Shown in pieces: positions 43,807 to 53,027 of a DNA stretch of 64,000 bases; the first letter of the stretch is position 1, and every line of letters begins with the position of its first letter. Origin of the DNA: Thermoplasmata archaeon (GTDB taxonomy: Archaea > Thermoplasmatota > Thermoplasmata > RBG-16-68-12); assembly GCA_035632695.1 (NCBI GenBank), contig DASQGG010000167.1, positions 120 through 64,119 of the forward strand, in the 5' to 3' direction. The position numbers were made by a program, and so were the translations under genes. The notes beneath the pieces were generated by a model that did no database searches, was not told the DNA's origin, and saw nothing but the letters and a program-made list of their open reading frames with translations.

Positions 43807-45753
43807 GTGGCATTCGTCCGCGTGAGCCCGGAAGGTGATCCCGTGCAGAGCCCCGATTCGAGCGCGGCGCAGGACTGGCAGACGCGCTACGAGGAGAAGG
43901 TCCGCACCCCGGACGAGGCCGTGTCCGCGATCCAGAGTGGGGACCACATCTTCATCGGGTCGGGGGCCGCGGAACCCCAGCGGCTCGTCGAGGCCCTCGT
44001 GAAGCGCGCGAACGCGGTCTTCGGCACGGAGATCGTTCACATCATGACCCTGGGCATCGCGCCGTACGCGGAGCCCAAGTGGGGCGACAACTTCCGCCAC
44101 AACGCCCTCTTCATCGGCCCCAACGTGCGGGAGGCGGTGGCCCAAGGGCGGGCGGACTACACGCCCATCTTCCTGGGCGAGATCCCGCGGCTCTTCGAGA
44201 CGGGGCGCGTGCCCATCGACGTCGCTCTGATCCAGGTGAGCCCGCCCGACCGGCACGGATACTGCTCCTACGGCGTGAGCACGGACGTCGTGAAGCCGGC
44301 CACGGAGGCGGCGAACCTCGTGATCGCCGAGGTCAACCGGGAGATGCCCCGGACCCTCGGCGACTCGTTCCTCCACGTGGACGACATTGACTTCCTGATC
44401 CCGGTGGCCTACCCGATCCTGGAGACCCAGGTGGGCGTGGCCGACGAGATCGCACGGAACATCGGGAAGTACATCGCGAACCTCGTCGAGGACGGCTCCA
44501 CGCTCCAGATGGGGATCGGCACGATCCCGGACAGCGTCCTGTACTACCTGCGGGACAAGAAGGACCTCGGGATTCACACGGAGATGTTCTCGGACGGGAT
44601 GATGCACCTCGTCGAGCTCGGCGTGATCACGAACATGAAGAAAACGCTGCACAAGGGCAAGGTGGTCGCGGCCTTCTGCATGGGCTCCAGGGCGCTCTAC
44701 GAGTTCGTGGACAACAACCCCTTCATCGAGTTCCATCCCGTGTCCTACACGAACGACCCGTTCGTCATTGCGCAAAACGACCGCATGGTCTCCATCAACT
44801 CCGCCCTCGAGGTGGACCTCACGGGCCAAGTGTGCGCGGACAGCCTCGGCGCCTACTTCTACTCGGGGATCGGCGGCCAGGTGGACTTCGTCCGCGGCGC
44901 GGCCCGCGCCAAGGGCGGCAAGCCGATCATCGCGCTCCCCTCCACCGCGGCGGACGGCACGATCTCCCGGATTACCGCGCAGCTCAAGCCCGGGGCCGGC
45001 GTGGTCACGAGCCGCGGGGACGTACACTACATCGTCACGGAGTGGGGCGTCGCGTACCTGCACGGCCGCACGATCCAGGAGCGTGCGCTTGCCCTGATCT
45101 CGATCGCCCACCCCAAGTTCCGCCCCGACCTCATCCGTCAGGCCAAGACATTCAAGTACATCGCGGACGACGTGCCCGAGATCTCCGAGATCGGCATGGT
45201 CTACCCGGAACGGTGGGAGATGACCCACACCTTCGAGGACGGCACGCGGGTCTTCTTCCGCCCCATCAAGATGACGGACGAGGAGATGATGAAGGACCTG
45301 TTCTACCGGCTCTCCGAGCAGACGATCTACCACCGGTTCTTTCGCTCCCTGAAGTCCATGCCCCACCGCGACCTCGTGCACTTCGTCCACATCGACTACA
45401 CGAACGAGATGGGGATCGTGGGCATCGTCCAGGATCCCGACAAGACGGAGCGCGAGGAGATTATCTGCATCGGGCGGTACTACCTGAACCGTTCCACGAA
45501 CGTGGCCGAGGTCTCGTACCTGGTCCGGGACGACTACCAGAAGCGCGGCATCGGATCGTACCTGGTGAAGTACCTCGCCCGGATCGCGAGGGAGAATGGG
45601 ATTGCGGGCTTCGAGGCGGAGATCCTGCCGGACAACCCCCCCGCGATGAAGGTCCTCCACAAGCTCGGTTTCCCGGTCGAGACGATCGCGTCCTCGGGGA
45701 ACTATCAGCTTCGCGTGCGCTTCGAGCGGCCCGCGCCCACGGCGAAGAGCTGA
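43807..45753 (+). CDS. fusion protein: acetyl-CoA hydrolase/transferase (family I CoA-transferase, AbfT/Ach1-like) N-terminal domain of about 440 aa plus a C-terminal GNAT N-acetyltransferase domain of about 190 aa
   Basis: The N-terminus has AcetylCoA_hydro architecture (..IFIGSGAAEPQ.., ..HTEMFSDGMMHL.., ..GGQVDFVRGA..). The C-terminus is a GNAT with motif A RDDYQKRGIGSYLVKYLARIARENGI and the preceding beta-strands. Its start is 8 nt after the acs stop. Confidence 0.8.
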   Translation: MAFVRVSPEGDPVQSPDSSAAQDWQTRYEEKVRTPDEAVSAIQSGDHIFIGSGAAEPQRLVEALVKRANAVFGTEIVHIMTLGIAPYAEPKWGDNFRHNALFIGPNVREAVAQGRADYTPIFLGEIPRLFETGRVPIDVALIQVSPPDRHGYCSYGVSTDVVKPATEAANLVIAEVNREMPRTLGDSFLHVDDIDFLIPVAYPILETQVGVADEIARNIGKYIANLVEDGSTLQMGIGTIPDSVLYYLRDKKDLGIHTEMFSDGMMHLVELGVITNMKKTLHKGKVVAAFCMGSRALYEFVDNNPFIEFHPVSYTNDPFVIAQNDRMVSINSALEVDLTGQVCADSLGAYFYSGIGGQVDFVRGAARAKGGKPIIALPSTAADGTISRITAQLKPGAGVVTSRGDVHYIVTEWGVAYLHGRTIQERALALISIAHPKFRPDLIRQAKTFKYIADDVPEISEIGMVYPERWEMTHTFEDGTRVFFRPIKMTDEEMMKDLFYRLSEQTIYHRFFRSLKSMPHRDLVHFVHIDYTNEMGIVGIVQDPDKTEREEIICIGRYYLNRSTNVAEVSYLVRDDYQKRGIGSYLVKYLARIARENGIAGFEAEILPDNPPAMKVLHKLGFPVETIASSGNYQLRVRFERPAPTAKS

Positions 45754-45762
45754 GGCTCACCG

Positions 45763-46212
45763 TCACCCGCGGCGTCGCCGGGTCTTCCGTGGCCTAGCGA
45801 TTCGTCGCTTCTTCGTGGGCTTCGTGGCTCGGTGGAAGACGTCGAGCCAGAGCCCATCCACCACGGGAACGAAGGCGTAGTGCCACCGCCCACCATGGAA
45901 CGGTCCGTGTTTCACGAGGTAGCCCTCCTCCTTCAGGCTCGCGAGGGCCGCGTCCAAGTCATCGACCTCGAAACCCAGGTGGTCCAACGTGTCGCCCTCG
46001 CGGAACGGACCCTCCACGGGACCCTGCTCGGGGTACCAGTTCAGCTCAAGCCAGTGCTTCCCATCGCGGCTCAGGAGGTTCGCGAACTCCCCTTGCGTCC
46101 ACTTCGGCTTCACGCGCCCCCGGAGCTTCATGCCCATGACCCGGGTGAAGAAGTCGATGGCTCGGTCGAGGTCCCGCACGCGGATGCCCGTATAGGCGAA
46201 CGCGGACTTCAT
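45763..46212 (-). CDS. VOC-family protein (glyoxalase/bleomycin-resistance/dioxygenase fold)
   Basis: Paired beta-alpha-beta-beta-beta modules (..FAYTGIRVRDLDRAIDFF..GMKL.. and ..HLGFEVDDLDAALASLKEEGY..). 149 aa with a basic tail. Confidence 0.65.
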   Translation of the reverse strand: MKSAFAYTGIRVRDLDRAIDFFTRVMGMKLRGRVKPKWTQGEFANLLSRDGKHWLELNWYPEQGPVEGPFREGDTLDHLGFEVDDLDAALASLKEEGYLVKHGPFHGGRWHYAFVPVVDGLWLDVFHRATKPTKKRRIARPRKTRRRRG

Positions 46213-46258
46213 GGCCCGCGGGACGTGGCGCAAGCGGCTTAGACTTTCCGTCGTCCCC

Positions 46259-47002
46259 TCACGGGTCCGTCCAGTGGGCCAGGCGCGAGGCGAGGAGGGC
46301 GAGGGCCACCGCGAACCCGATCAGGTAGGCCCAGCCGAACACGAGTTCCGTGCCTGTGAGCGGCACGGCCAGGAGGCCCGCGTAGTTCTTGGACAGCTGG
46401 GCCGCTTGCGTCGTGGGGATGAGGAGGGCGAGAGGCTGCAGAAAGACCGGGAGCCGGTCCAACGGGTAGTAGACCGGCGGTAGGAACCCGAGGAGGAGCC
46501 CGAGCAGCTGCGGCAGAGAGTTCGCCCGCCGCGTGTTCTTCGTGCTCGCGCCCAGGACGAAGCCCAGCAGGAGCATGGCGATCCAGGTCACGAGGGCCAC
46601 GAGCGCTACCGCCAGGATGCCCAGGATGCCCGCCGACGTCTCCAGGAGCAGGAGCGTCATCGCGATGACGAGCGCGGGCAGGGAGACGAGCAGGGTGCTC
46701 ACGCTCAACCCGATCGCGTACGAGACGGGCGAGACCCGCGAGGCGACGAAGATGTCCTGGAAGCGGAACCAGTGTTTGTTGAAGTAGACGGACTGAGCGG
46801 AGCCGATGCCCGCGAACGCAAGGCTCAGGACGATGGCCCCGACCACGGACTGGAGGAACGCCTGTTGGCCCGCGTTGAATACGAAGATGAAGAGGACGGG
46901 GAGGAACGAGATCAGGCTCAGGAGGATCATGAGCATGGGGTCGCGGAGGAGCGGCAGGGAATCGAACAGGCCGATGTAGACGGCCTCACGCGCTCTCATC
47001 AT
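46259..47002 (-). CDS. ABC-2 type transporter permease
   Basis: 247 aa with six TM helices and ABC-2 membrane-component topology. It is downstream of, and overlapping, the ABC ATPase gene. Confidence 0.75.
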   Translation of the reverse strand: MMRAREAVYIGLFDSLPLLRDPMLMILLSLISFLPVLFIFVFNAGQQAFLQSVVGAIVLSLAFAGIGSAQSVYFNKHWFRFQDIFVASRVSPVSYAIGLSVSTLLVSLPALVIAMTLLLLETSAGILGILAVALVALVTWIAMLLLGFVLGASTKNTRRANSLPQLLGLLLGFLPPVYYPLDRLPVFLQPLALLIPTTQAAQLSKNYAGLLAVPLTGTELVFGWAYLIGFAVALALLASRLAHWTDP

Positions 47003-47864
47003 CGATGTTCCCTCCCACCATGGCGATGAACGCGTCCTCGAGGGTCGGCGGCTTGAATGTGACCCGCTTCCCGTCCTGAATCCCTCGCTGCACGATCTGC
47101 ACGATCTCCTGATCCGAGTTCGGGCTGAGGACCTGCCGCTCGCCGCCGTTGTTGAGCGCCTCGATGATCACCTGCATGCCGTGTCCGGCGTGGGCCTTGG
47201 CCGCCTCGACGCTGCCGAGGAAGACCGTCCGGCCCTTGTCCACGATCGCGAGACGGTCCGAGAGCCGCTCCGCCTCGTCCATGTAGTGCGTCGTCAGGAG
47301 GACGGTCACGCCCTGTCTCGTCATGCGGCGGACCATGGCCCATACCTGCCGCCGCCCGAGCGGATCGAGACCAATCGTGGGCTCGTCGAGGAACAGGAGC
47401 TCGGGGTCCGTCGTCAGAGCGATCGCGACCATCACGCGCTGCCGCAGGCCGCCGCTCAGGTCCGCGGTGAGCTTGTCCTTGTGCTCCCAGAGGTCGAACT
47501 CCTCCATGATCGCTCGCGTCCGGCGCCGGGCCTCGGCGCGCGGAATCCCGCGGATCATCGACATGAGGTAGATGTGGTCGTAGGCGGAGAGCATCATCTG
47601 GGGGCGCGCCTCCTGGGGGACCACGGAGATCTTCTCGCGGATCGCGCGGGCCTCCTTCGTCACATCATGTCCTAGCACCGTGGCGTGCCCGGTCGTGGGA
47701 CGCAGCTGGGTCGCCAGGATGCGAAGCAGCGTGGTCTTGCCGGCCCCGTTGCGGCCGAGAAGGCAGAAGACTTCGCCCTTCGGAACCTCGAAGGAGACGC
47801 CCTCGAGGGCCTGCGTGCCTCCCGGGTACGTCTTGCCGAGGGCCTGCACCTCGATGACTGCCAT
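46986..47864 (-). CDS. ABC transporter ATP-binding protein (ABC-2/DrrA-type)
   Basis: Walker A GRNGAGKTT, signature LSGGLRQRV, Walker B LLFLDEPTIGLD and H-loop TTHYM. 292 aa from ATG 47864. Confidence 0.85.
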   Translation of the reverse strand: MAVIEVQALGKTYPGGTQALEGVSFEVPKGEVFCLLGRNGAGKTTLLRILATQLRPTTGHATVLGHDVTKEARAIREKISVVPQEARPQMMLSAYDHIYLMSMIRGIPRAEARRRTRAIMEEFDLWEHKDKLTADLSGGLRQRVMVAIALTTDPELLFLDEPTIGLDPLGRRQVWAMVRRMTRQGVTVLLTTHYMDEAERLSDRLAIVDKGRTVFLGSVEAAKAHAGHGMQVIIEALNNGGERQVLSPNSDQEIVQIVQRGIQDGKRVTFKPPTLEDAFIAMVGGNIDDESA

Positions 47865-47874
47865 CCCCCGTTCG

Positions 47875-48921
47875 ATGTGGCACCCGGTACTTGAGCGTTC
47901 TGAGCCTTTGTGGCCGATACGTTCCACTCGCAGGGAGGACGTCGCTCGGCGTCCGGGCGCGATCGTCCACAATGTACTTACCGTGCAGGGTTCGTCGGGG
48001 GCCGTGGACGGTACCGCGAAACCGGCCGGACCGGCCGAGGAGACCGCCCGGGCGAAGTGGTCCCGCGGTCGCAAGATCTTCGCGGTGATCGGGGCGCTCA
48101 TCTTGGTCTTCGTCGGCGTCTACGTGGCGTACGGGTACCTGAACGGCCTCCCTCCCCAGGTGCTGTCCGTCCTAGGTCGAGGGCAGGCCTACCTGGACGT
48201 GGCCTTCATGACGGTCTACACGCCGTCCATCCCGGGCGCCACCGACTTCAATGTCACCGCGATGGTCACCTTCGCCAACGGATGGCAGTTCCCGTTCGCG
48301 TGGGGGAATGTGAGCGGTACCTCGCTGCCCGTCCGGTTCGTCCTGAGTCCCAGCGACGTCTTCCGGACCGGTCCGTCGGACGGGTTCGTGTACGGGGAGG
48401 CCGTCAGCGGGACGACCCGCATCGGGGTCGTAGGCCCTCACCCGCCCGGCGCGTTCGTGTCGTTGTGGTTCATGACCTACTCCGTCCGGCAGCTGACGGC
48501 CTGGCAGGGGTTCACCCAGGCCACGTGGCTCGAGGTGGACTACGCCCTGGCGCCCGTTTCGCTCGACTTTGGCGAACCCCTTCCCGTGGCCAACGTGAGC
48601 GCACCTGTCGCGTCCGATCTCATCCCGGCGGGCATCACGGACGACCTGAACCTAAGCGTGCAACCGGGCTACGTCTTGCCGCTGGACCACGACATCTACA
48701 ACGCGTCGTCTCCGTGGCCCACCTTTCACCACGCGCTGCCCGCGGTCACCTTCCGCGCAGGCAGCGTGGGCAACTTCACCGCGTCGCTGACGTCCTCGTT
48801 CCAATGGGCGAAGGGGGACAACTACCGCGTCGAGATGACGTTCTCTGGAGCCTTGCACGGGTATCTGACCTGGTATTGGGACGCACGGTTCGGCTCGTTG
48901 TACGCCGTGTTCTCTCCCTAG
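47875..48921 (+). CDS. hypothetical N-terminally anchored extracytoplasmic protein
   Basis: A cytoplasmic N-terminus, one TM (IFAVIGALILVFVGVYVAYGY), then a roughly 280-aa Ser/Thr/N-sequon-rich domain. The start is ATG 47875, or alternatively GTG 47983. Confidence 0.5.
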   Translation: MWHPVLERSEPLWPIRSTRREDVARRPGAIVHNVLTVQGSSGAVDGTAKPAGPAEETARAKWSRGRKIFAVIGALILVFVGVYVAYGYLNGLPPQVLSVLGRGQAYLDVAFMTVYTPSIPGATDFNVTAMVTFANGWQFPFAWGNVSGTSLPVRFVLSPSDVFRTGPSDGFVYGEAVSGTTRIGVVGPHPPGAFVSLWFMTYSVRQLTAWQGFTQATWLEVDYALAPVSLDFGEPLPVANVSAPVASDLIPAGITDDLNLSVQPGYVLPLDHDIYNASSPWPTFHHALPAVTFRAGSVGNFTASLTSSFQWAKGDNYRVEMTFSGALHGYLTWYWDARFGSLYAVFSP

Positions 48922-49025
48922 GACCGCAGTTTGATTTCGGTTCGTCGCCTTTCGTTTTGGGACGACCCAAAATCGCCGGAATACGTGCCAAAGGCTTATG
49001 GTCCCGTCGTGAATCCAGTCGGCTC

Positions 49026-50735
49026 GTGGACCGCCTCGCATACGACGTGGTCGTGGTCGGCGGCGGCGGCGCGGGGCTGCGCGCGGCGATCGCCGCGGCG
49101 GAAGCCGAGCCGAAGCTGACTATTGGGTTGCTCTCCAAGGTGTATCCGATGCGGAGCCACACGGTTTCCGCGGAAGGCGGCACCGCCGCGGTCATGCGGG
49201 ACTACGACAGCTTCGAGCTGCACGCACTCGACACGATCAAGGGCTCCGACTACCTGGCGGACCAGGACGCGGTCGAGTACTTCGTCGCCCACTGTCCGGA
49301 GGAAATCGTCCAGCTCGACCACTGGGGATGCCCCTGGTCCCGCGACGACGACGGCAAGATCCAGCAGCGGGCCTTCGGCGGCATGTCCGTGAAGCGGACC
49401 TGCTTCGCCGCGGACAAGGTCGGCTTCCACATGCTCCACACCCTTTTCCAGACGTCCATGAAGTATCCCCAGATCGTCCGGCACGACGAGTGGTTCGCGA
49501 CGGACATCATCGTGGAGAACGGCGTCGCCGCGGGCGTGGTCGCGATCGACATCCGTCGCGGCGAGCTCAGCTACGTGAACGCGAAGGCCGTCGTCCTCGC
49601 GACCGGCGGCTCCGGGCGTGTGTACGAGTTCACGACGAACGGGTTCATCAAGACGGGCGACGGGATGGCGCTCGCGTACCGTGCCGGCGTTCCGCTCAAG
49701 GACATGGAGATGGTCCAGTTCCATCCCACCTGCCTGCCGGGCACCGGGATCCTGATCACGGAGGCGGCCCGTGGCGAGGGCGGGTACCTGATCAACAAGG
49801 ACGGGGAGCGGTTCATGAAGAACTACCTCCCGAGCAAGATGGAGCTCGGCCCGCGGGACATCCTCTCCCGGTCGGAGATTCAGGAGATCCGCGCGGGCCG
49901 CGGCTTCGAGGGGCCCCACGGCGCGTACGTGGGCCTCGACCTGCGCCACCTCGGCGAGAAGGCGATCGACGAGCGGTTGCCCATGGTCCGGGAGCTCGCG
50001 GAGAAGTACCTCGGCCTCGACCCGATCCACGAGCCGATCCCGGTCCGGCCGGGGCAGCACTACATCATGGGCGGCGTCGCGACGAACCTCCGCGGCGAGA
50101 CGAACGTCCCCGGGCTTTACGCGGTGGGCGAGACCGCGTGCGTCTCGATCAACGGCGCGAACCGCCTCGGGTCGAACAGCCTGAGCGAGTGCCTCGTCTT
50201 CGGTAAGTCGACCGGGCTGGCGGCCGCGGCCTACGCGAAGAAGCGGGACTGGCCGCGGGGGACCGCCGCGAAGGAGCACCTCGCGAAGGAGGAGACCCGG
50301 ATCTTCGGCGGCCTGATGACGCGCGAGGTCGGCAAGGAGAGCGTCGCCGCGATCCGCACGGAGATGCAGCAGATCATGGAGCGGGACGTGGGCATCTTCC
50401 GAGACGAGAAGGGCCTCACGGACGCATGCGCGAAGCTCGCGACGTTGCGGCAGCGCTTCGCGAACGTGGGCGTCACGGACAAGGACCGCGTCTTCAACAC
50501 GGAGCTCCAGCAGGCGTTGGAGCTCGACTTCATGCTCGACGTGGCCCAGGCGATCGCGTGGAGCGCGCTGAACCGGCGGGAGTCCCGCGGGGCGCACAGC
50601 CGGACGGACTACGCAAGCCGGGACGACGCGAACTACCTGAAGCACTCCCTCGCGTACCGCACGGACCGCGCGCCCCGGATCGACTACCTGCCCGTGACGA
50701 TCACCAAGTGGCAGCCCCAGGAGAGGAAGTACTGA
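49026..50735 (+). CDS. sdhA: succinate dehydrogenase / fumarate reductase flavoprotein subunit
   Basis: GTG start giving (M)DRLAYDVVVVGGGGAGLRAA. The FAD-attachment motif RSHTVSAEGG and active-site R..HY.MGG, ..RESRGAH.R are present. 569 aa. Confidence 0.9.
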   Translation: MDRLAYDVVVVGGGGAGLRAAIAAAEAEPKLTIGLLSKVYPMRSHTVSAEGGTAAVMRDYDSFELHALDTIKGSDYLADQDAVEYFVAHCPEEIVQLDHWGCPWSRDDDGKIQQRAFGGMSVKRTCFAADKVGFHMLHTLFQTSMKYPQIVRHDEWFATDIIVENGVAAGVVAIDIRRGELSYVNAKAVVLATGGSGRVYEFTTNGFIKTGDGMALAYRAGVPLKDMEMVQFHPTCLPGTGILITEAARGEGGYLINKDGERFMKNYLPSKMELGPRDILSRSEIQEIRAGRGFEGPHGAYVGLDLRHLGEKAIDERLPMVRELAEKYLGLDPIHEPIPVRPGQHYIMGGVATNLRGETNVPGLYAVGETACVSINGANRLGSNSLSECLVFGKSTGLAAAAYAKKRDWPRGTAAKEHLAKEETRIFGGLMTREVGKESVAAIRTEMQQIMERDVGIFRDEKGLTDACAKLATLRQRFANVGVTDKDRVFNTELQQALELDFMLDVAQAIAWSALNRRESRGAHSRTDYASRDDANYLKHSLAYRTDRAPRIDYLPVTITKWQPQERKY

Positions 50736-50736
50736 C

Positions 50737-51492
50737 ATGGCGGAACCGAAGCGCGTCGTGTTCCGCGTCCGGCGCTACCAGCCCCAAGGGACGAAGGGCC
50801 CGTACTATCAGGAGTACACGGTCCCGTACCGCGACGACGAGGTCGTGCTGGACGGGCTGAACTACATCAAGGACCACCTGGACCCCACGCTCACGTTCCG
50901 CTGGTCGTGCCGGATGGGCATCTGCGGCTCCTGCGGCATGGACGTGAACGGGAAGCCCAAGCTCACGTGCGGCACGTTCATCCGCGACGCGAGCGCGGGC
51001 GGCGTCGTCCAGGTGGACCCGCTCACGAGCTTCAACTCGATCAAGGACCTGGTCACGGACTTCGACCCGTTCATGGAGCACTTCCTCCACGTGAAGCCCT
51101 GGCTCATCCGGGAGAAGGAGAAACCGCTCTCCGAGGGCGAGTACCTCCAGTACCCCGAGGACCTGGCGGCCTTCCGGCAGCAGAGCCTGTGCATCAACTG
51201 CACCCTCTGCATGGCCGCGTGTCCCGTGTTCCAGGGCGACGACGGGTTTATCGGCCCCGCGTCCCTCGCGATGGCCCTGCGGTACATCCGGGATACCCGC
51301 GACCAGGGCGCTGAGGAACGGTTCCAGCGCATCTCGACGTCCCACGGGATCTGGGAGTGCACGTTCGTGGGCGAGTGTTCCGTCGTCTGCCCGAAGGAGG
51401 TCGATCCCGCGGGCGCGATCCAGACCCTGAAGCTCATGGCGACGACGCGGCGGATGAAGAAGCTCCTCATGCCCAAGTCCGCCCCGAGGTGA
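50737..51492 (+). CDS. sdhB: succinate dehydrogenase iron-sulfur subunit
   Basis: The [2Fe-2S] motif is CRMGICGSCGMDVNGKPKLTC, the [4Fe-4S] is CINCTLCMAACP and the [3Fe-4S] is CTFVGECSVVCP. It starts 2 nt after the sdhA stop. Confidence 0.9.
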   Translation: MAEPKRVVFRVRRYQPQGTKGPYYQEYTVPYRDDEVVLDGLNYIKDHLDPTLTFRWSCRMGICGSCGMDVNGKPKLTCGTFIRDASAGGVVQVDPLTSFNSIKDLVTDFDPFMEHFLHVKPWLIREKEKPLSEGEYLQYPEDLAAFRQQSLCINCTLCMAACPVFQGDDGFIGPASLAMALRYIRDTRDQGAEERFQRISTSHGIWECTFVGECSVVCPKEVDPAGAIQTLKLMATTRRMKKLLMPKSAPR

Positions 51493-51496
51493 ACGC

Positions 51497-51892
51497 ATGG
51501 TGGAAGTGCGAGAGGCTCGATGGCGACGCCCCGCGGGCTGGTGGGCCCACAACCGGCGGTACCTGCTCTTCATGCTCCGCGAGGCGGGCGGCTCCCTGTC
51601 CGCGGTCTACGGGATCATCCTGCTCGGCCTCCTGATCATGGACCACCAGGGTCCCGGCGCGTACGCGAACTACCTCGCGTTCCTCCAGACGCCCGCGATG
51701 CTCGTCGTGCAGGGCGTCATCCTTGCGTTCGTCCTCATCCACGCGGTCACGTGGTTCTACCTGATCGGCAAGAGCCAAGCCGCCATGTCCGCGTACCGTG
51801 CCCCGTCGTGGACCCGGATCTTGACCCTGATGATCGTGGTCTTCCTGGCCGCGTCGGTCGGCGTGCTGTACGTCGTGTTCGGAGGCGTGTGA
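51497..51892 (+). CDS. sdhC: succinate dehydrogenase membrane anchor / cytochrome b subunit
   Basis: 131-aa three-TM protein immediately after sdhB, with a His in TM2 (LIHAVTWFY) as a candidate heme ligand. Confidence 0.7.
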   Translation: MVEVREARWRRPAGWWAHNRRYLLFMLREAGGSLSAVYGIILLGLLIMDHQGPGAYANYLAFLQTPAMLVVQGVILAFVLIHAVTWFYLIGKSQAAMSAYRAPSWTRILTLMIVVFLAASVGVLYVVFGGV

Positions 51893-52357
51893 ATGGGCGA
51901 CGAGACGGCGGACCGTTTCGACGCGCGCTACAACCCCGGCCACGAAATCATCCGCGCCGAGGCGACGCAGAAGGAAGGCGAGCTCGCCCTCGAGCCGTTC
52001 CTTTGGGGCTTGTTCTCCCTGGGCGGCTTCCTCACCGCCTTCCTTCTCCCGATCACGATCCTCGCGCTGTCGTTCTTCGTGCCGCTGGGGATCTGGCCGT
52101 CGAGCCGAACCGGGTACGCGTGGCTTCAATCCGCGATGAACCCTGCCGCGGCGTACTACCAAGGACTCCTCGTCCGTTTGTTCTTCCTGCTTGTAATCGC
52201 GGGCTCCCTGTTCCATGGGGCGCACCGCTTCACGTACATGGTCTCGGAGGCCGCCGGGCACCGCGGGGAGAAGGGGATCAGCGCCCTGTTCCATGGCCTG
52301 GCGGCCCTCGGGAGTCTGATCGCCCTCTACTACGTCCTCGTGGGCTGGCTCCTGTGA
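51893..52357 (+). CDS. sdhD: succinate dehydrogenase hydrophobic anchor subunit
   Basis: 154-aa three-TM protein, translationally coupled (ATG 1 nt after the sdhC stop). His-containing helix LFHGAHRF is present. Confidence 0.7.
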   Translation: MGDETADRFDARYNPGHEIIRAEATQKEGELALEPFLWGLFSLGGFLTAFLLPITILALSFFVPLGIWPSSRTGYAWLQSAMNPAAAYYQGLLVRLFFLLVIAGSLFHGAHRFTYMVSEAAGHRGEKGISALFHGLAALGSLIALYYVLVGWLL

Positions 52358-52364
52358 CGCCGGT

Positions 52365-52625
52365 TCACGGCGGCAGGACCTTGTAGACGAGGTCCCTCTC
52401 CCGCGCGCGGTCCTTCAGCTTCACGCCGACCTCCTGTCCCTTCGCGGCCTCTCGCACGGCGCCATGCTCGATCTGCATGGTCTCCACGACCTGCGTGAGG
52501 TTCGTCGAGGGCCCTTGGACCTGGATCGTGTCCCCCACGGCGAGCGCGCCGTCCGTCAGGCGGATGGCCGCCACGCCGATGTGCCCGAAGTAGTGAAAGA
52601 CCTCGCCGACCTTCGTGCGCTCCAT
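52365..52625 (-). CDS. small beta-barrel protein, EF-Tu/aIF2-gamma domain-II-like (hypothetical)
   Basis: 86 aa (..GEVFHYFGHIGVAAIRLTDGALAVGDTIQVQG..EVGVKLKD..) resembling translation-factor domain 2 barrels. Low certainty. Confidence 0.4.
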   Translation of the reverse strand: MERTKVGEVFHYFGHIGVAAIRLTDGALAVGDTIQVQGPSTNLTQVVETMQIEHGAVREAAKGQEVGVKLKDRARERDLVYKVLPP

Positions 52626-52773
52626 TCTATCCGCGGGAGAACCGGTGGCTCGCGATAAATACGTTGGTCCCGCCTCGGCTGTTCCATGGTCCTGCGGGAG
52701 GCGCGGCCTCCAGAAGAAAAGGTTTAAGACGGCTCACTCGCTTCCGCCGCCACAGAAGGGGGAACGGCCTTTC

Positions 52774-52989
52774 ATGGTGATGCCTCTCAACGTTCTAGAA
52801 AAATCCATCAACAAGCGCGTCCAGCTTCTCCTCAAGGATAACCGCCTGCTCGAGGGCAAGCTCGTCGGGTACGACGACTACATGAACATGGTCCTCGAGG
52901 ACACCGAGGAGACCAAGGAGGATAACGTGCGCCGCGTGGGCACGGTCGTCCTCCGCGGGAACAACGTCGTCACGATTGTCCCCAAGTAG
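52774..52989 (+). CDS. Sm-like archaeal protein (SmAP/LSm)
   Basis: MVMPLNVLEKSINKRVQLLLKDNRLLEGKLVGYDDYMNMVLEDTEE....GTVVLRGNNVVTIVPK contains the Sm1 and Sm2 motifs. 71 aa. Confidence 0.85.
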   Translation: MVMPLNVLEKSINKRVQLLLKDNRLLEGKLVGYDDYMNMVLEDTEETKEDNVRRVGTVVLRGNNVVTIVPK

Positions 52990-53027
52990 CCCCCGCCGGG
53001 GGAGAAAATAGATATTCGGACCGCAGC

